From contig CM068759.1 of assembly GCA_035084275.1 (NCBI GenBank), forward strand, positions 4,402,001 to 4,466,000: DNA of 64,000 bases, given 5' to 3'. This document shows, in pieces, positions 12,577 to 26,443 of this stretch; positions within the stretch are counted from its first letter, which is position 1; every line of letters begins with the position of its first letter. Below the pieces are notes generated by a model. It was not told the origin of the DNA, made no database searches, and saw nothing but the letters and a program-made list of their open reading frames with translations. The DNA comes from Hydrolagus colliei (Eukaryota). A program made the translations under genes and the position numbers.

Positions 12577-14180
12577 AACTCAAAGTTAGCGAAGAAAAGA
12601 AATCCTACAGATGTACGGAAACTGTAGCCTGGGGAATAAATGAAACATTTTGCACTTACAGATTTACCACTAAATATTCTTCAATGACTTAAAAAATATA
12701 CTCATAAATGTACACCAAAAATGTGGATATCGATTTGATTCTTTCAGAAAACAATAAACTTGTATTTAAAAAAATAGGTAGATTCAATAGTTATTTTAAA
12801 ATTCTAGGCAATAATCCTTGATACTGTATTATTGAAATTCGTTTCTATTAGCTTTCTGATGTGGTTGTAGTTTCCTCCAAAAAGGGCATTATTTATACAT
12901 TAAATATTTCAATCCCAAAGTATCTTTTTCTTTAAAAAAAACAATGCATTGCGGATGACTAAACTAGCCATGCAACTAGACTGGTGATGTTGACGATTAA
13001 ATATATTAAACATGATAGGTGAAACAGCATAAATATTAGTTGCCTTGGGTTTGAAGGTGTTCTGAATAATGTGAGATGGATTTACCTGCTATCTCGCCAG
13101 AGTTATTTAATATATTTGCTACTAGAATATACCAGAGAGGGATAAAAAAAAGAACCAAAACATAATACAGCCCAGAATTCTTCTATCACGACATCGGAAG
13201 CACAACAACCCACTTTTCCCCTTGTTGCAAAGGATGAAATTCTGCTGAAAATTTCTTACCGCTTACCAAAATTTCTTAAGCAAGCCAATTTTTCTTTAAA
13301 AAAAACCTTTTTTTTGGTGCCAAAACGGAAAAGTTCATTTCATCATTTTCCCATACACGAATCATGTTAATGGGTGTGTACGTGGGGCGTTGCCCTGCAC
13401 GCAAACTTGTAAATGTAGAACGACGGGAATGATTTAAACAAAAACCCCAAACTCTGCAGGAGTTAACTTTATTTTTTCCTCGCCGCGTCCATTCCCTCTC
13501 CCTTTCCAGCGAAAAACAAAGTGGTACAGAATGTGCCAGTATGGTATGCTGGAACTTTTACAAACCAACCTCCACCACACAGGCATTGTGAATCTGAGCT
13601 GCATAGTTGTCATGGGCGTATGCTGGCACATTCCTATGGATGACTCTTCGACTCACCACAAATTTGACTTCAAGCAAGCCTTGGATTGATATAAGCAAAT
13701 GAATAGAAATGCACCGAGACCCTATAGCACTGCAATGAAAGCAACTTGGAAGAGTAACAACGCAAAAGTCCATTATGGAGGATTATAGCTCCACTCTTTT
13801 TAAAAGCTTCGGAGGGATGCACACACCCATCCACCCATCCACATTCCCTCACCCACTTCGCTTCCTTGTCACAATGGGTGTGACCCGATTATAACAAACA
13901 CTGACTCATTCTCGAACTAAAAATACACTTTTTTTGGGGGGGGACCCAATAACGAGTCTGAATGGCAAACAATAAGGAACAAGCTGCTAAGCTGAAGTTC
14001 ACACAGTGAATGTTCCCATGATGATTACTCAGAGATTTCGACTCCATGCCAATGTATTGTTCTGTGCAGCTGAGTCAAAACCTTTCAGCTGACCGATTCG
14101 CTAAATGCAGGATGCCACTCAGATTGTGCTCCAAACTGTGCTGGAAGTGTTCAGTGAGAGGTCCTTGGAATTTGTTTGGT

Positions 14181-14236
14181 CTATGACTGACCTCTCGCTG
14201 TGATTCCAGAGAGATCCTTGCTTATAATTTCATTAA
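14181..14236 (-). CDS. NFATC2: NFATC2 terminal coding exon
   Basis: Acceptor cttctttttccacAG|TT; with the upstream G it reads VNEIISKDLSGITARGQS then TAG. Completes the conserved NFAT LDD-VNEII C-terminal motif after a 24,014-nt intron. Confidence 0.93.
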
Positions 14237-15839
14237 CTGTGGAAAAAGAAGAAAAGAAAGTATTGAGTGAAAATCACGGTATCAACCGTAGAATGGATAA
14301 TACAATGTGAAATCTACTCTCATGCCAGACTTTTAGAATACAAAAAACGATTTCTTGCAAATACATCCAATATTGGAATTTGAGACAAGTGGGCTGAAAC
14401 CAGTGCTGGCTCGAGTAAGACAAGGAATTAAGATCATTATTACTCCCAGAGACCAGTAGACATGTGGCACGGACTCCCAGCAAAAAAACAGCTGAAGAAA
14501 TGCCAATTAACTCATTCCAAAAAAACTTGAGAACTCTACTGGGCAGTAGGAGATGATTGAAGGGCCTTCTTCATCCAAACTAATCTTATGATCATGCAGA
14601 ATTGGAGAGTGGAACAATACACCAATATGACTGCTGCCTCAAGGGATGGAGAGGATAAAATTGGAGAGGGAGAAAGGGAGACGGTGAAGGAACACACGTG
14701 GATTGAATGGCAAAATGGAATGAGAAGCATACATTTATTTAGCTATCCTTTTTGCTTTGGTCCTTGGGTAGGTCTTTGGGCCACAATAGATGCTCGCAAT
14801 GGAAAACCTATTTCCACATCACCATTAAAACAAAACATTTTATTTGACCCACAATCTATTTATTGCTCAGGTCAGGAGCTGCTGGGAATTAAGCAGGTCT
14901 CAGACCACATTGAAAAATACTCTTGGGCTCAAACATCATGTAAACAAAAATGTCATGTGTACTTGTAACCCAGCAGCAGTGACTTTCAGCAAGTCTTTGA
15001 TCCGGATTCAGGAGGCCCGACTTTGAATTAACATCACTCTAGTCCAAACCCATCCTCGAACATTAGAGATAATCAGTGAGCAATCGAATCTGCAGTAGCT
15101 CCAATATCCACAAGGAGGTGGGGCGAGGTTTATTTTTCCATTTGATTGAATGGAAGCTACAGGATGTTTTTCTACAACTTCCTGCCTCTCGCGTTAACCA
15201 AGGCAATGATCGCTGTGAGTAAATGGAAAGTTTGTTGCCTCCTCGTTCTATTAATAACTCGAAGGTGAAAAGTGTGGGTTGTAGTCCTTTGCTGCGTTAT
15301 TTCCTCACCCACAAAAGAATGGGGGAGCTCACACACGACAACCACAAAAGGATTGCTGATGCAGTAGCACTTTAATGCTGCTGATGCCATTTTCTTTCTC
15401 ATGGACCGAATCTTGGCTGTTATTCAAAATCATCAACAGTCGAATGTGCATCAAGAACCCCCAACGTTTGCTTTGTATATAAATAAAACACTTTGCAGAA
15501 GTTAAGTGGAAAGCTGTCTACCCATGAAAGGTTGTGTGTGTGTGTTTCAATGAGCACCAGGTTAGTGTCAGAGAGGAAAAAGGTACTGCTTGCCAAGGTC
15601 AGGCAGTTAGGCCTAGATATTCTACTCTTAAAACCAACAGAAAATAAACTGTAGATGGTTTCTTGTCAGTTCATTGGAAAGTTATTGGGGGCAGGCTCGG
15701 TTTCTGGCAAGTCCAACGACGGCCTCTCCAAACATTGTGATATAATATTGCTTCGCTGGCTGCGGAGAAGGGTTTATGTTAAAGAGGATGCTACTTCTGT
15801 AGCAAAGTCACCTTTCGCGATGTATTTTCCAAATCATTT

Positions 15840-15901
15840 CAACAACGACAAAATTATATTTGTAGAGCGCCTTTGAGGTCGGGAGGACGTCCCAAGGTGC
15901 T
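15840..15901 (-). mobile_element. L2 3' terminus only
   Basis: caacaacgacaaaattatatttgtagagcgcctttgaggtcgggaggacgtcccaaggtgct. Confidence 0.85.
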
Positions 15902-15959
15902 TAGTTTCAGGTACTTTTCCCCCACCCTCCTCACCCCCCGCCTACCAATTGCCTCCAAT

Positions 15960-16110
15960 TCTCTCCTCTTCTCTGGATTTTACCCAAGCATTGGCTGGCA
16001 CCAGCTGCCCTCACCCAAGTGGTCATCCTTCATATTTGAGCCCTGTCAGTGAACAATCTCGACAGAGTATTCAACTGTGGAGAACATTTTTTTAAAACAG
16101 CACCATCCTA
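15960..16110 (-). mobile_element. Ancient SINE 3' part (AmnSINE2-like)
   Basis: cacccaagtggtcatccttcatatttgagccct resembles the reverse complement of the 3' part of the 20131 and 46424 copies. Confidence 0.5.
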
Positions 16111-19100
16111 TGGCACTATCTGATCATTTACCATTTGAGTAACAGGGCTCAACCCCCCGGGATGTCATTTGAACACAGGCTTTTCAGAAGCCAAAGCACA
16201 GGTCATATGTGCTTGTTAATTACATGAGCTTTACTTTGCGCAACACACTATCGTGTTCTGAGATGATGCTGTAGAAATACAGTGGAGATAAAGTTGATTT
16301 TAACAGTGTACAGCTTTCCGTTCTCTACCGCGCATCGGCAGCCAGGTCAATTGAAGGATCAGATCACTGGACCAACTAATCAATCAGTTGGCTCCGCTCC
16401 CCACTGCAGAGCACAGAAAACAAATCTTTATCTTCTTAGTAAAATGTTACACTGATCCCCTTCTGCCAATTGAGTTTTTGTACTAAGTCACTGGCCTCCG
16501 ACATGTATCAAATGGATTGTAGACACGCAAGCACGAATGATACAGTATCCGCATTACTCCAACAGAAGTAAAGGTCAATCAATGCGGGCGTGCAAATCAT
16601 AAGCAAAAGCTTCAAATGAAATACTGCAAGCCATTTCAGAGCCCTGACACTATAACGTTACTTCTGATGTAGGCCTACACAGTTCCTCAAAAATTCCTTC
16701 CTCCGAGGCTATTAGCCAGTCGCTTTCAGTGGAACATTGGATTCAAAAGTAAAACTTTCGACTTGCCTCACTGCGAACTAAAGTCTTGGGGCACATTCGA
16801 TTTCACAGGGTCATGTTTTGCCCTTTCTATCACTGTAACATTTCAATCTTTAGTTTGGTTTTGCAATAGATACACAAACACAATTACATCACCGAATGCA
16901 ACAACGCTTTAAAATGTTAACGTTTACTAAGCCAGGACTGCGCGGTTTATAAAATAAATTCAACAAACTGAACTATCAGAATACACACCTTCAATAAGAA
17001 ACATGTGCGTTGTCTGCCTTGAGGAAAATAATTCTGCTTAGGTACAGATTCCTGATCGAATTTCAATCTAAAATCCTTCGTATTATGCTGCCACGGCATA
17101 AACAGTGTAGTGAGAGCCGAGAGGCACAGGAGATCGATGAAATTGATTCGCAGCGCTGGTGCGATGAACCCATGATAAACAGTAATCAACTGGATTACAG
17201 CTGGATTATGAGGCCAGATGATGGAGGCCAGGGTGTTGGACTTGTTGATGCTGCAATGAGTTGACAGATAGTGTTGGTATTGTGGAAGGATGAGCTAAAA
17301 TGGGTTAACGAGTGTCTTCATCCAAATCTCTTGTGATAACTGCCGTGTGACAATACTGCTAGAAGCATGTCGTTTTCCAAGAATCGGAAAGCCTCATGTA
17401 GTATCTACAGATCATCTTCTCATACAATCTAAAAAGCACCCATGACAATGTCAGATCATTCCACTTGAGCTATTTGACTGCAAATCATCAGTTACATTGA
17501 AGTACAACATTCTACAAAGCTCATTCCAGCTGCACTTTCCAGACAAACGTGTATGATATCCTGGGTGCATTAAGCAACAGATTGTATGTCAGGGATGAAT
17601 ATTCTCACAGAAATGTTCCTTTCATCATGCTGGGGTTTTTTTTAAAAAAAGGGGGGAAGGTGAGTGTATGAGAACAGAAATTAGAAAATTCAAAGTAATA
17701 TCTGTAGAAATACCAGTGATAGATTTAGTGTTACTCTCAGTTTGAAAGGTATCCATTTCTTGAATAAGAACTTGATGCAGAATCAGAGAAATTAATGACA
17801 AAGCTGTAAACGCTGCTCAGTATCAAACAGCTTATCCCTCTGTACTATTTCAACAAACACATTACTGAGAATGTTTCAGCAGTTCGTTTAAATTGAAGAA
17901 TAATGCTGAAAGTTAAAAACTTCAAAGCAAGACATCCTGTATGCTGTTGGTTATGGAAAGGATTCTTATCGCTCATCTGATGCAAATGGTATCTGATGCA
18001 AATGGTATCTGTTGCCTACACTAATACACTCAGTATAGATTAGTGTCGAATTATGATGCACTTCAAAATAAGACTTTAAAGACTTTTCCTTTGTTCTAAC
18101 GGCCGATGACTTCTAGAGTTTTAGACTGGTTTAAATTGAGGAAACTTTCCACTTCTGCAGTTGAAGATTTCCAGTTCATCTCCTTCTTTGAGATTCAACC
18201 TGAGTAGTTGCACTAGAACATGCTCCTTCTACCGAAATCCATGGCAGAAGTAACTTCAGACTCCATTGGATTTTCTCTGACGCTCACTTTCTGGTTCTGG
18301 TAGCTCTCGAGCCGAATGATGAACAGAATACGTAAAGGATTCAGCGTGGAATTCTCTGAACGTTACAGGTTAATATGGGTACAGCTTAAATATGGGTCAG
18401 TACATTACAGCGTTACTTCCCTGACCTGCCCATCACCTGTACACAAATAAGGACAAGATTCAAAATCATTGGACCCAATTATCAAAAAGTACTCGGAAAG
18501 TCACAGCAAGGAAAGCTTACCCACACAATGTTAATTCTTTACAGCAACCTGCTCGACTCCTATCTCAATGCACTCTCACAAAAAATAATCTCTTCAAATA
18601 TTACGTAAATGACTCATAGCGCTGAAGTTTGCTCAGTACAAGTCCCCTGCAAATCTATCGAATGGGGTTATTGAGCTTTTAAGGGGAAAAAAAAACTCGT
18701 GGCCATGAACTTTGCTGAATTGCCCTCATTGTTCTTTTTTTTAAATTGGATGAAAGAGGGATAAACATGATCACATCTTATTATGTTACCTTATGCCTCT
18801 GCATGTAATATAATTCAGTTCACAGTTCCTTTCAAGTTGGAAGGAAGTTTCAAAGAGTTTCACCCAGCTTATCGGGAGCTTCAGGTCGAGGGTGGGGGGG
18901 ATTTGAGAGGTGTGTGGTTGAGGGAATGACAACAAGTGATATATGTTATGGTGAGTTTTGAAAGAAGGGAGGGAGGGGGGTAGGGACTAGGTGGAGGGAC
19001 TCCAGGATGGGTTTCCTAAGAGCAACATCAAAGTGGAAACAGTAGCTTTTGTACAGTCAGAGAAGAGGAATTTGATTATTTTTTTTAAAAATGGCTAAAC

Positions 19101-20130
19101 ATTTTCACTGAGTCACTGGAAGAATTCACAGCCAACATTCCAGTCAACAAAAAGCTGACATTGGGGTTGAGACATCAGTAAACGTGGCTGGAATTTAGGA
19201 CATTTGCATTAAAACGCAAATGATCATGAAAACTGTCGTCTGAATAAAGAAATTGCCAAGCGCAGCAGACAATAGAATTCCATTTAATCCTGCAAAAGGA
19301 GCTATTCCTGTCTTTATGGGTTTATTCTGGGGGACCTGAGGGTATTTTGCGTTATCTCTTAATGTATTTCGTATTGAAGAAAAGGATTTCAATCCAAGTG
19401 GAAACTCCTTCTGGTAACATGAAGTACCGGTAGTTAATATACGTCACTGCAACTCAGGGGAACACTCCTTTGGAAATAAAATATCAGGTTGGGAGTGACA
19501 ATTTGCAACATGGCTTCTGGTTTTCTTAATTAAGATACGCCACCAATCAGGCTTAAGGATATTTACACCTTTCTGATTCCAAACTCTCTTTATCACAAAC
19601 TAAAGATAAAATGCCTATCATTAACCCACTAAATTATTTAGCCTAGAAAACACTTGTTTTGTGCAGTGTTTTACAGTGTCTCGGAATTCGATCACTGTTT
19701 CACCAGTGCTGGGTTAATACTGTACTTTGGTGTCAGTTACCAGAAGCATAAGGAGTGGAGTGAAACCAAAAGAGATGCAAAACACTTCACAATACTTTGC
19801 TCTATTAAAAGCAACGTGGGGGGAACAGAGTGGACACGTTGAAAATACTGTCTGCTGCAGACTAATGTTCTCGTGCCAATTTTCAAAGAGAAAATGAAGG
19901 TAGCAACAAATAAAGGCCATTAAGCTCATTCAGTCTGCTCTTTTCATAAGCCCATGTACAATCCACACTAAAATGTCATCTCTCGAGGGAAGGTTCTGTA
20001 TAAATACACTGCAATCCCCAAACAAAATCAGATGTTTCAAAACATTTTTAAAACGAATTCCTCCTGAGTTCTCACAGCCAAACTGTTAATCCTTTTATTA
20101 ATGATTTTGTTGCCTCATTAGAGTTGCCCA

Positions 20131-20480
20131 CATCCTTTCCTAGATGATTCAGTTGGTAAAGTTACTGCCTTGAATAAAATGGACCTATAAGGATTCAAAT
20201 TTGACCATTTAACTCGGCTGGGGTGCTACAATCGTCCACAGAGACAACAGGCTGCGATGCAACAAAACAACAGCCAGAGTTCCCACTCCTGATCGCTATG
20301 TGTTGACCTCTGCTGTCAAGCAAACATGTGTTTGTTGGGCGAGCATGTGAGGGCTTGGGGGCTGATGCTTCCTACGGTTGATTAGTCATTGTCTAGCTCA
20401 CGCAGGAAGAAAGTTCACTTGGTTCAGAGGTTGTGGGAGTAGAGATCAACATGAGTCAGTATCTTCGGGATAGGAGAAAA
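20131..20480 (+). mobile_element. Ancient tRNA-derived SINE (AmnSINE2-like)
   Basis: Blocks ggggtgctacaat, cagccagagttcccactcctgatcgctat, tcattgtctagctcac and gagtcagtatcttc; similar to 46424-46770. Family assignment is from memory. Confidence 0.6.
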
Positions 20481-21667
20481 ATAAGCTTGAATGTTCGGGA
20501 ATGTGATTTAAGGAGAAACATGCCGGACTACATGAGTAAATGTTAGCATTTGAAAAAATAACATGTTCCTATGGAATAAGGCTACATTCAGAATGTTTGC
20601 TGTTAATTACCGGTTGATTAATTGGGATAATAAAACACTTGCAGATGAGTGTTTGAATTCTGAAATTGAAACGTTCCCCCTGCCCACTTCTACACAATAT
20701 CTTTCTGTTTTGCTGTGTTTAAAATGACACCTCCAATCTCACAGACTGCTTAACTACAGATAAAACACATTATAACAAACATCTCCAACAAGCTCGAAAG
20801 CAGCCAGAGAGAGGGAATAAACCATAAAGTGTTAATGGCTCATACTGGAATATTCAGCTTTTATGACCGTCTAGTGGCAAACTGCCCGATAGAAGAGAAA
20901 GTCAGTCTTTCTCTCCTAAAATAACTTTCATATGGACAGTAATGAGGGTCATATGACAAATACTTGCCATTAATACAGCCGTTCAGTCTCTGCAGTGCAG
21001 GGCGCCAAAGTGTGGTATTATATTGCTTAGCAACTTGACTAGCAACCATTACAACTTGTGTTGCCATGTTTTTGTTTATGTGTTTTTTTTAAAACACAAT
21101 TCTTTCATTAGGGATGGTTGTAGGCTTTGCTGTAAAGCTATGTATCGCCCTCCCCACCACCCACCCACTCTAACCCCTGTAAAGCTGTGCTTCCCTTTAA
21201 AGCATTGAGGAGGCCTACTGAGGTCTTGCGATGAAAAGACAGATTCAAAGGCCTTCTCAGTTAACTGCTCCTCCTCTTTCTCCTCCCCATTTAGAGAAAG
21301 TCCCGTCAGTTAACTTGCTGGCTTGAGTATCACTCAACAATGTTGCCCTCTCATTGGGACGCCTGTCTAGGTTAAACTTTCTGATGTTTCTGCACTAAAG
21401 GCTTCAGTGCTGCTGGAATTTACATTTACACAAATTTCTCCTTCTTCATTTCTGAGAGTCCTTGCAGGCCAAACGATTTCCGCTCTGCTCTACCAGAGGT
21501 TGAACTTTTTTTTAAAAAAGTTTCCGATGCTCAACCCAACTTGAGAGAATCATCATCAGCAGCAGTGACATTTGATCTTGTGCTACCAATAATTGCAAGC
21601 AGTTTTTCAGCCATAACATCACTTAATAATAATAATAATTGACTATACATTTTCTCGATGAAACTGT

Positions 21668-21953
21668 AACAACAACAAATTACACTTATAAAGTGCCTTT
21701 CTCGTCGGGAGGATGTCCCAAGGCGCTGCACAGGAGGCGTGTGACCCGAGCTGGGAGGGGAGTGTTTGGGAAGGGGTGAAACACGAAGTGGAGATCGAAA
21801 AATTTGGGGTGGAACAAAAGGCACGGTCGAAGAGGAAAGTCTTCAAACCGGCCTTGAAAGAGGAAAGGGAAGAAACGAGACGGAGGGATTGGGGGATGGT
21901 ATTCCACAGGGTGGGAGCGGAGAAACTGAAGGCCCGGCCTCCGATGGTGGGCT
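21668..21953 (-). mobile_element. L2 LINE 3' fragment (end of ORF2, UTR, tail)
   Basis: Minus strand gives TIGGRAFSFSAPTLWNTIP and FKAGLKTFLFDRAF (typical L2 ORF2 C-terminus), then the terminal stem-loop and (TTG)n. Explains the overlapping ORFs at 21531-22043. Confidence 0.9.
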
Positions 21954-22182
21954 ACCATTTGACTGTGGGGCAAAGCTAACCAAGAAAGTGTGTGGTTTCA
22001 CTACGTGGTTAGGTTGATGAGACCAGGGGGTACCACACTTCATTTATGAATCTTAAATAGATTCACTTTTCAAGCCGCCACTGAAACTGTCCAGTCATTA
22101 CCAATCAGAGTCCAGCCTCACTCCAATTCAGTGCACTGTAGCTTCTAATAAAAGCATTTGCTTTACCATTCTCTTAAATAAT

Positions 22183-22235
22183 AACAACTACAACAACAAA
22201 ATTACACTTGTATAGCACCTTTCATGTCAGGAGGA
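22183..22235 (-). mobile_element. L2 3' terminus only
   Basis: caacaacaaaattacacttgtatagcacctttcatgtcaggagga. Confidence 0.75.
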
Positions 22236-24018
22236 GACATAGAAAGAGACTAAAGAGCTTATATTTCGCCTTTTCATTCCATGCTGCAATAATGGTATGC
22301 TAAAAGGGGCTCCAATTCAGAATGACTAACAGTCATTCAACAGAAAAATATATATAAAGTATTTTCTTTTAAACGGGGGTGAATTGATAACAGAAGTCCA
22401 ACTGTTATGGATGATATTCCGGGGTGAAAAGTGAAATGTTTATGACAAATTTAATAATGATTCTATTTTTTAATGTTCCGCTCCCTAAACCCTCCTAAGG
22501 GAAGATCCTGTATGTTAACTGCACTCACTCAACATCCCATGCGCAGCTGAACCCTGGTTACCATTGGAACTGCAAAGCATCTCCGAGCTCCAGAATTGCC
22601 ATTTGGTTTTGCTCTTTTTTGGGGGGGATGTTTATTGTGCAAACTGTAACATACCAGCTCACCGCAAACCCTTCCTATTGGAGTCGAACACTACCTGATT
22701 ATTTACTGTCGCGGATTAATTGCTGACACATTATTCTCGAGCGCTTATAAACTTAATTAGGTAGCAGTTCAATCTGGTGCTGATTCACTGTGGGTTTGTT
22801 GGCACAAGCTCCATGTGCACCATAAGCAAAACGTTGACTCAAACCAAATGTTGTGAATTGATACGGGGGCGAGAGGAATCCTCCAATCTTGGGAGTCGGT
22901 ATCATATTTTAACTTATTTGGGAGTTGCAGGAAATAAATAGGTCTCAATTCAGACCTTCAAGGGGAGACCAAGAAAAATAAACATGATCCCCAATTGTTA
23001 CGACTGGGGGCAATTTGGAATTAAAATGAAATTAAGCGAAAGAATGTTTACATGTTCTCAATCTTTTTAAAATTCTTCTTTTACATTTTCCTCTTCGCGT
23101 TTTAAATTAATTTATTTATTTTCCTTCGTCAGTTGCTTACATTTGTGCCCTTTCTTTCCACCTATGAGCCCCATGCACAATTTTTTCTCTCTCGCAGGTT
23201 CACAATGTGGCATTTCCCGTGGCGGGTCGAATCATGATAGCAGTTTCATAGAAATACGCCTCGGTTGCAGAAGTTTAGTGTAACTTGCTGTTGACTCAAA
23301 GTTGACCTCAAATCAGAGAACAACAGCAAGTACAATTACAGATGATTCAATTCCCCAAGTCTCCCGATGATTATTCACAAACATAACGTACAACAAACAC
23401 AGGGTCACTAATTGCTAAATGCTGATGTAAAATGGTCCACTTAACCTGATGTAGAGACAAATAGTTGGGAGTAGCACAGAACACTTCTCTTTCCCTTCTC
23501 CCCCTCCGCTCGGACTCAAGATGATCTGTTTTCCACAATGTCTGTGCTGGATTGGATGGACTCACAGGCAAACAGGAGTCACTGTGGCATCATGCAGCAC
23601 AGAAGGAGGCCATTTGGCCCATCATATCTGTGTAGGCTCTTTGGAAAGAGTTGTCCAAATCAATCCCGGTGCCCCACTCCCTCCCCTTCAAACTTGTTCT
23701 CCCATTGGTAAGTTCTATTCCGTCATTTGATAATGTGTTGATTATCACACCGATTTCATTATGATACGTAAAATATCATGCTGCTGGACTTTGTTCATCT
23801 TGTTAGTTTCAATGGGGAATCAGAACAAGAAAGTTGGATGGGAAAAGGCTTCACTCACATTACGTAGTTATTGAGAAAGATGCCACAAAACCTCAACCCC
23901 TCAGGACAGCATTGTGAAACGAGCATCTTATTCCCTACATTGTAGTCTCACATTTACTGCAGTGTATTATCGTGATCACCGCTTTATCACATTCAGCAAC
24001 ACAAGTAAATTCACCCTT

Positions 24019-24346
24019 TAATAATAAACCTTGAAATCACATTTCCAATTTGATATCACATCTTCGAGAATTCCAAAGCGCTTTACAGAATACAGAGTAA
24101 ATTGAATTGATTACATGTTTTGGGGGCGAAACACAGCAGCCAATTGCGCACAACAGGATCCTGGAATCCAAATTATTATTGAAACTTTTTTTTAATGGGA
24201 TTGATATCCCTGAGAAAGCAATCTGCCAATCGATTAACAACCCGCTAGGTAAACCAAGGCTTGTGGAGCAAGGAAATTTGCCTAAAATTTTGCCCTGCCT
24301 AGGAATCGAACCCGCGCCCTCTCGTTTGCGAGGTGAGTGCTCTAAC
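24019..24346 (-). mobile_element. tRNA-Ala-derived SINE, long variant
   Basis: Head aggaatcgaaccc..ctctcgtttgcgaggtgagtgctc; extra internal block gctaggtaaac..gagaaagcaatctgcc shared with the 44976 copy. Confidence 0.85.
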
Positions 24347-24924
24347 AAATACAATCCTTTTGAAGAAAACAAAAAGTTCCAAGCCAACTTGACACTAGCA
24401 AAAGTGCTGCAATGCAGCTTTTTATATGCAGATTGTTGCTTGGAGCTGACAACCTACGCACTAGCCACAAGAAATATTTATACATGTAGCAAAAAAATAT
24501 TATCAGAAAGGTGCAGGAAACATATCGGAGGCAGTACGGACATTAAATATTCTTCATACTGTTGGGCCAATCTCAATTCTGCTCCAGTGAGCAGGAAAGG
24601 TGAGCGTTTGCACAATTTAAGACACTGCACATTTCATCAGCACAGTTCTGAAACTAGTCATGCACACGCAGGTTGACACCAAAAGTACCCTCGTCAATTG
24701 AAAACTTTCAGTATGAATAATAATTATTATTTAGATCCAACGCATAAAAATACCCTAAAAATCAATGATGCACAACAAATGTCCAATCAAAGGCATGCAG
24801 AAAACAGACAGGAGGAAGACATCAGCCCATCGAGCCTATTCCATCAGTATCTCAGATCTCAGCAGAGAATTATCTTGGCAGAATACATTTTAATGTTTTG
24901 CCCTGTTGTTATATCTAAAACCAA

Positions 24925-25060
24925 TAATAATAATAATCATTGCATTTGATGTAGCGCCTTATCACATCTTTGAGACGTTTTAAACACTTTACAGAATACA
25001 CAGTAAAGCGGGTTGACTGTATATTTTGTGGACGAAACGGGGCAGCCAATTGCGCACAAC
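24925..25060 (-). mobile_element. SINE 3' half
   Basis: (aat)n tail, tgcatttgat.tagcgcc, gcagccaattgcgcaca. A further tail fragment lies at ~25498-25620. Confidence 0.8.
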
Positions 25061-26443
25061 AGGTTACATATTTTATGTATATGTAGGTTACATATTTTTA
25101 AATACTTATTTTGCTACATAGCAGAATGTAACACAGTGTTATTTTAATAAAAATTGCAATCAGTGCTGCATGTCCATGCACACTGCAGAGATGTAGCAGA
25201 TGAGGCAATGAAAGCTTCAAACAGTCACATTGCCACAAGGCAAGAATTAAACAATTTATAACACAGAGAAACAACATCAGTCGGTTGGTAACCAATGTGC
25301 TGAATCCTGTTTTTTCTAATAATAAACCCTTTGCCCTTTATTGCAGAGGAACATTTAAAAGTAAAAGGATAGCGCCACAGTATATAGAGTTTAAATTCTA
25401 ATCTATAGCATGGCACACTTTGTAGGCCTAGAACCTTTTTTAAAAAAAATCTACCTTATCCACGAACATGGGTAAAAGAGCAAAATGAAAATACACCTAA
25501 TATATTTAATAATATAAAAAATTCATGCATTTGGTATAGCGCCTTATCACATTGTTGAGATCTCTCAAAGCACTTCACAGGATGTTCTGTAAAGTGGATT
25601 GAATGCAAAACGCCTACAAAATATTTAACATGCAAGCAACAAAATGACAACAGCTGTTGTCAATGTAATTAATACACCAGTAAAGTAGATATGAGAAAAT
25701 ATATTTACAATCGAAACTGTGTTTGTGATGTGCTCTATTGCTGCTTCATCATCCTGTTATTAAGCAATCGCATTTTAGCACATTATTGATTTCAGAGTTC
25801 CGAGACACTACCCCATATGAAATCCGCTATATAAATGCTAATTGATGTTAAATCTATGACAATTGCTCTCTTCATCTCCACTGCACTGTAACAAATTGTG
25901 TTTTTTCAAAAAAAATTGCACTTTTATTTCCAGAGTCAAAGTGCTGCAGTGAAATAGATATTGGTTCCATTTGAATTTGGGGATCATTGGCAAGAGTATT
26001 GATATTCTTATTACAGTACTTCAAAGAACCAGTCTCAGTACACTGCATTCCTTAATCCGACCAGTTGTAAAATGTACATTCAGTAAGATTGTGCCTATGT
26101 TTTACATTATGAAATATTAAAAAGTTTTGAGGGCATTCAAATTATTATCACCTGAGGATGTACTTTGCGTTACCACTGCCAGTTTATTGAGCGAGATTAG
26201 ATTGAACGCAACATTCTCAGCTAGGTAAAGTTTGATTTACATTTGCAGATGATTGAATGTGATGTTTTTTGTCATTGTCACCTCTACGATCAGCAGTTAA
26301 GAAAACAGGGTCAAGGGAAAGTATTTTTGAAAGTTGGGGCTGGGGGGGGAGTTGGAGATACAATCAGAGTAAACTAACCACACTGCTGGCCATTGATCAT
26401 TGGCAGCAATTTAACTACAAATATACAACAGGTTCTAACTGTT

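Larger units (their letters stand above)
9050..14180 (-). other. NFATC2: Probable NFATC2 3' UTR (~5.1 kb)
   Basis: Follows the stop codon; AT-rich and repeat-poor compared with the introns; ends at an AATAAA cluster. The end position is inferred. Confidence 0.6.

Noticed and set aside
18405-18436. Possible alternative terminal exon (tgtgtacAG|GT GAT..., GDGQVREVTL-stop)
   Set aside because: The acceptor is plausible, but the peptide does not resemble any NFAT C-terminus I know. I also could not find an equivalent of the mammalian ELIDTHLSWIQNIL exon. Needs RNA evidence.
21531-22043. Cluster of overlapping ORFs on both strands
   Set aside because: GC-rich L2 3' end with few stop codons; not a gene.
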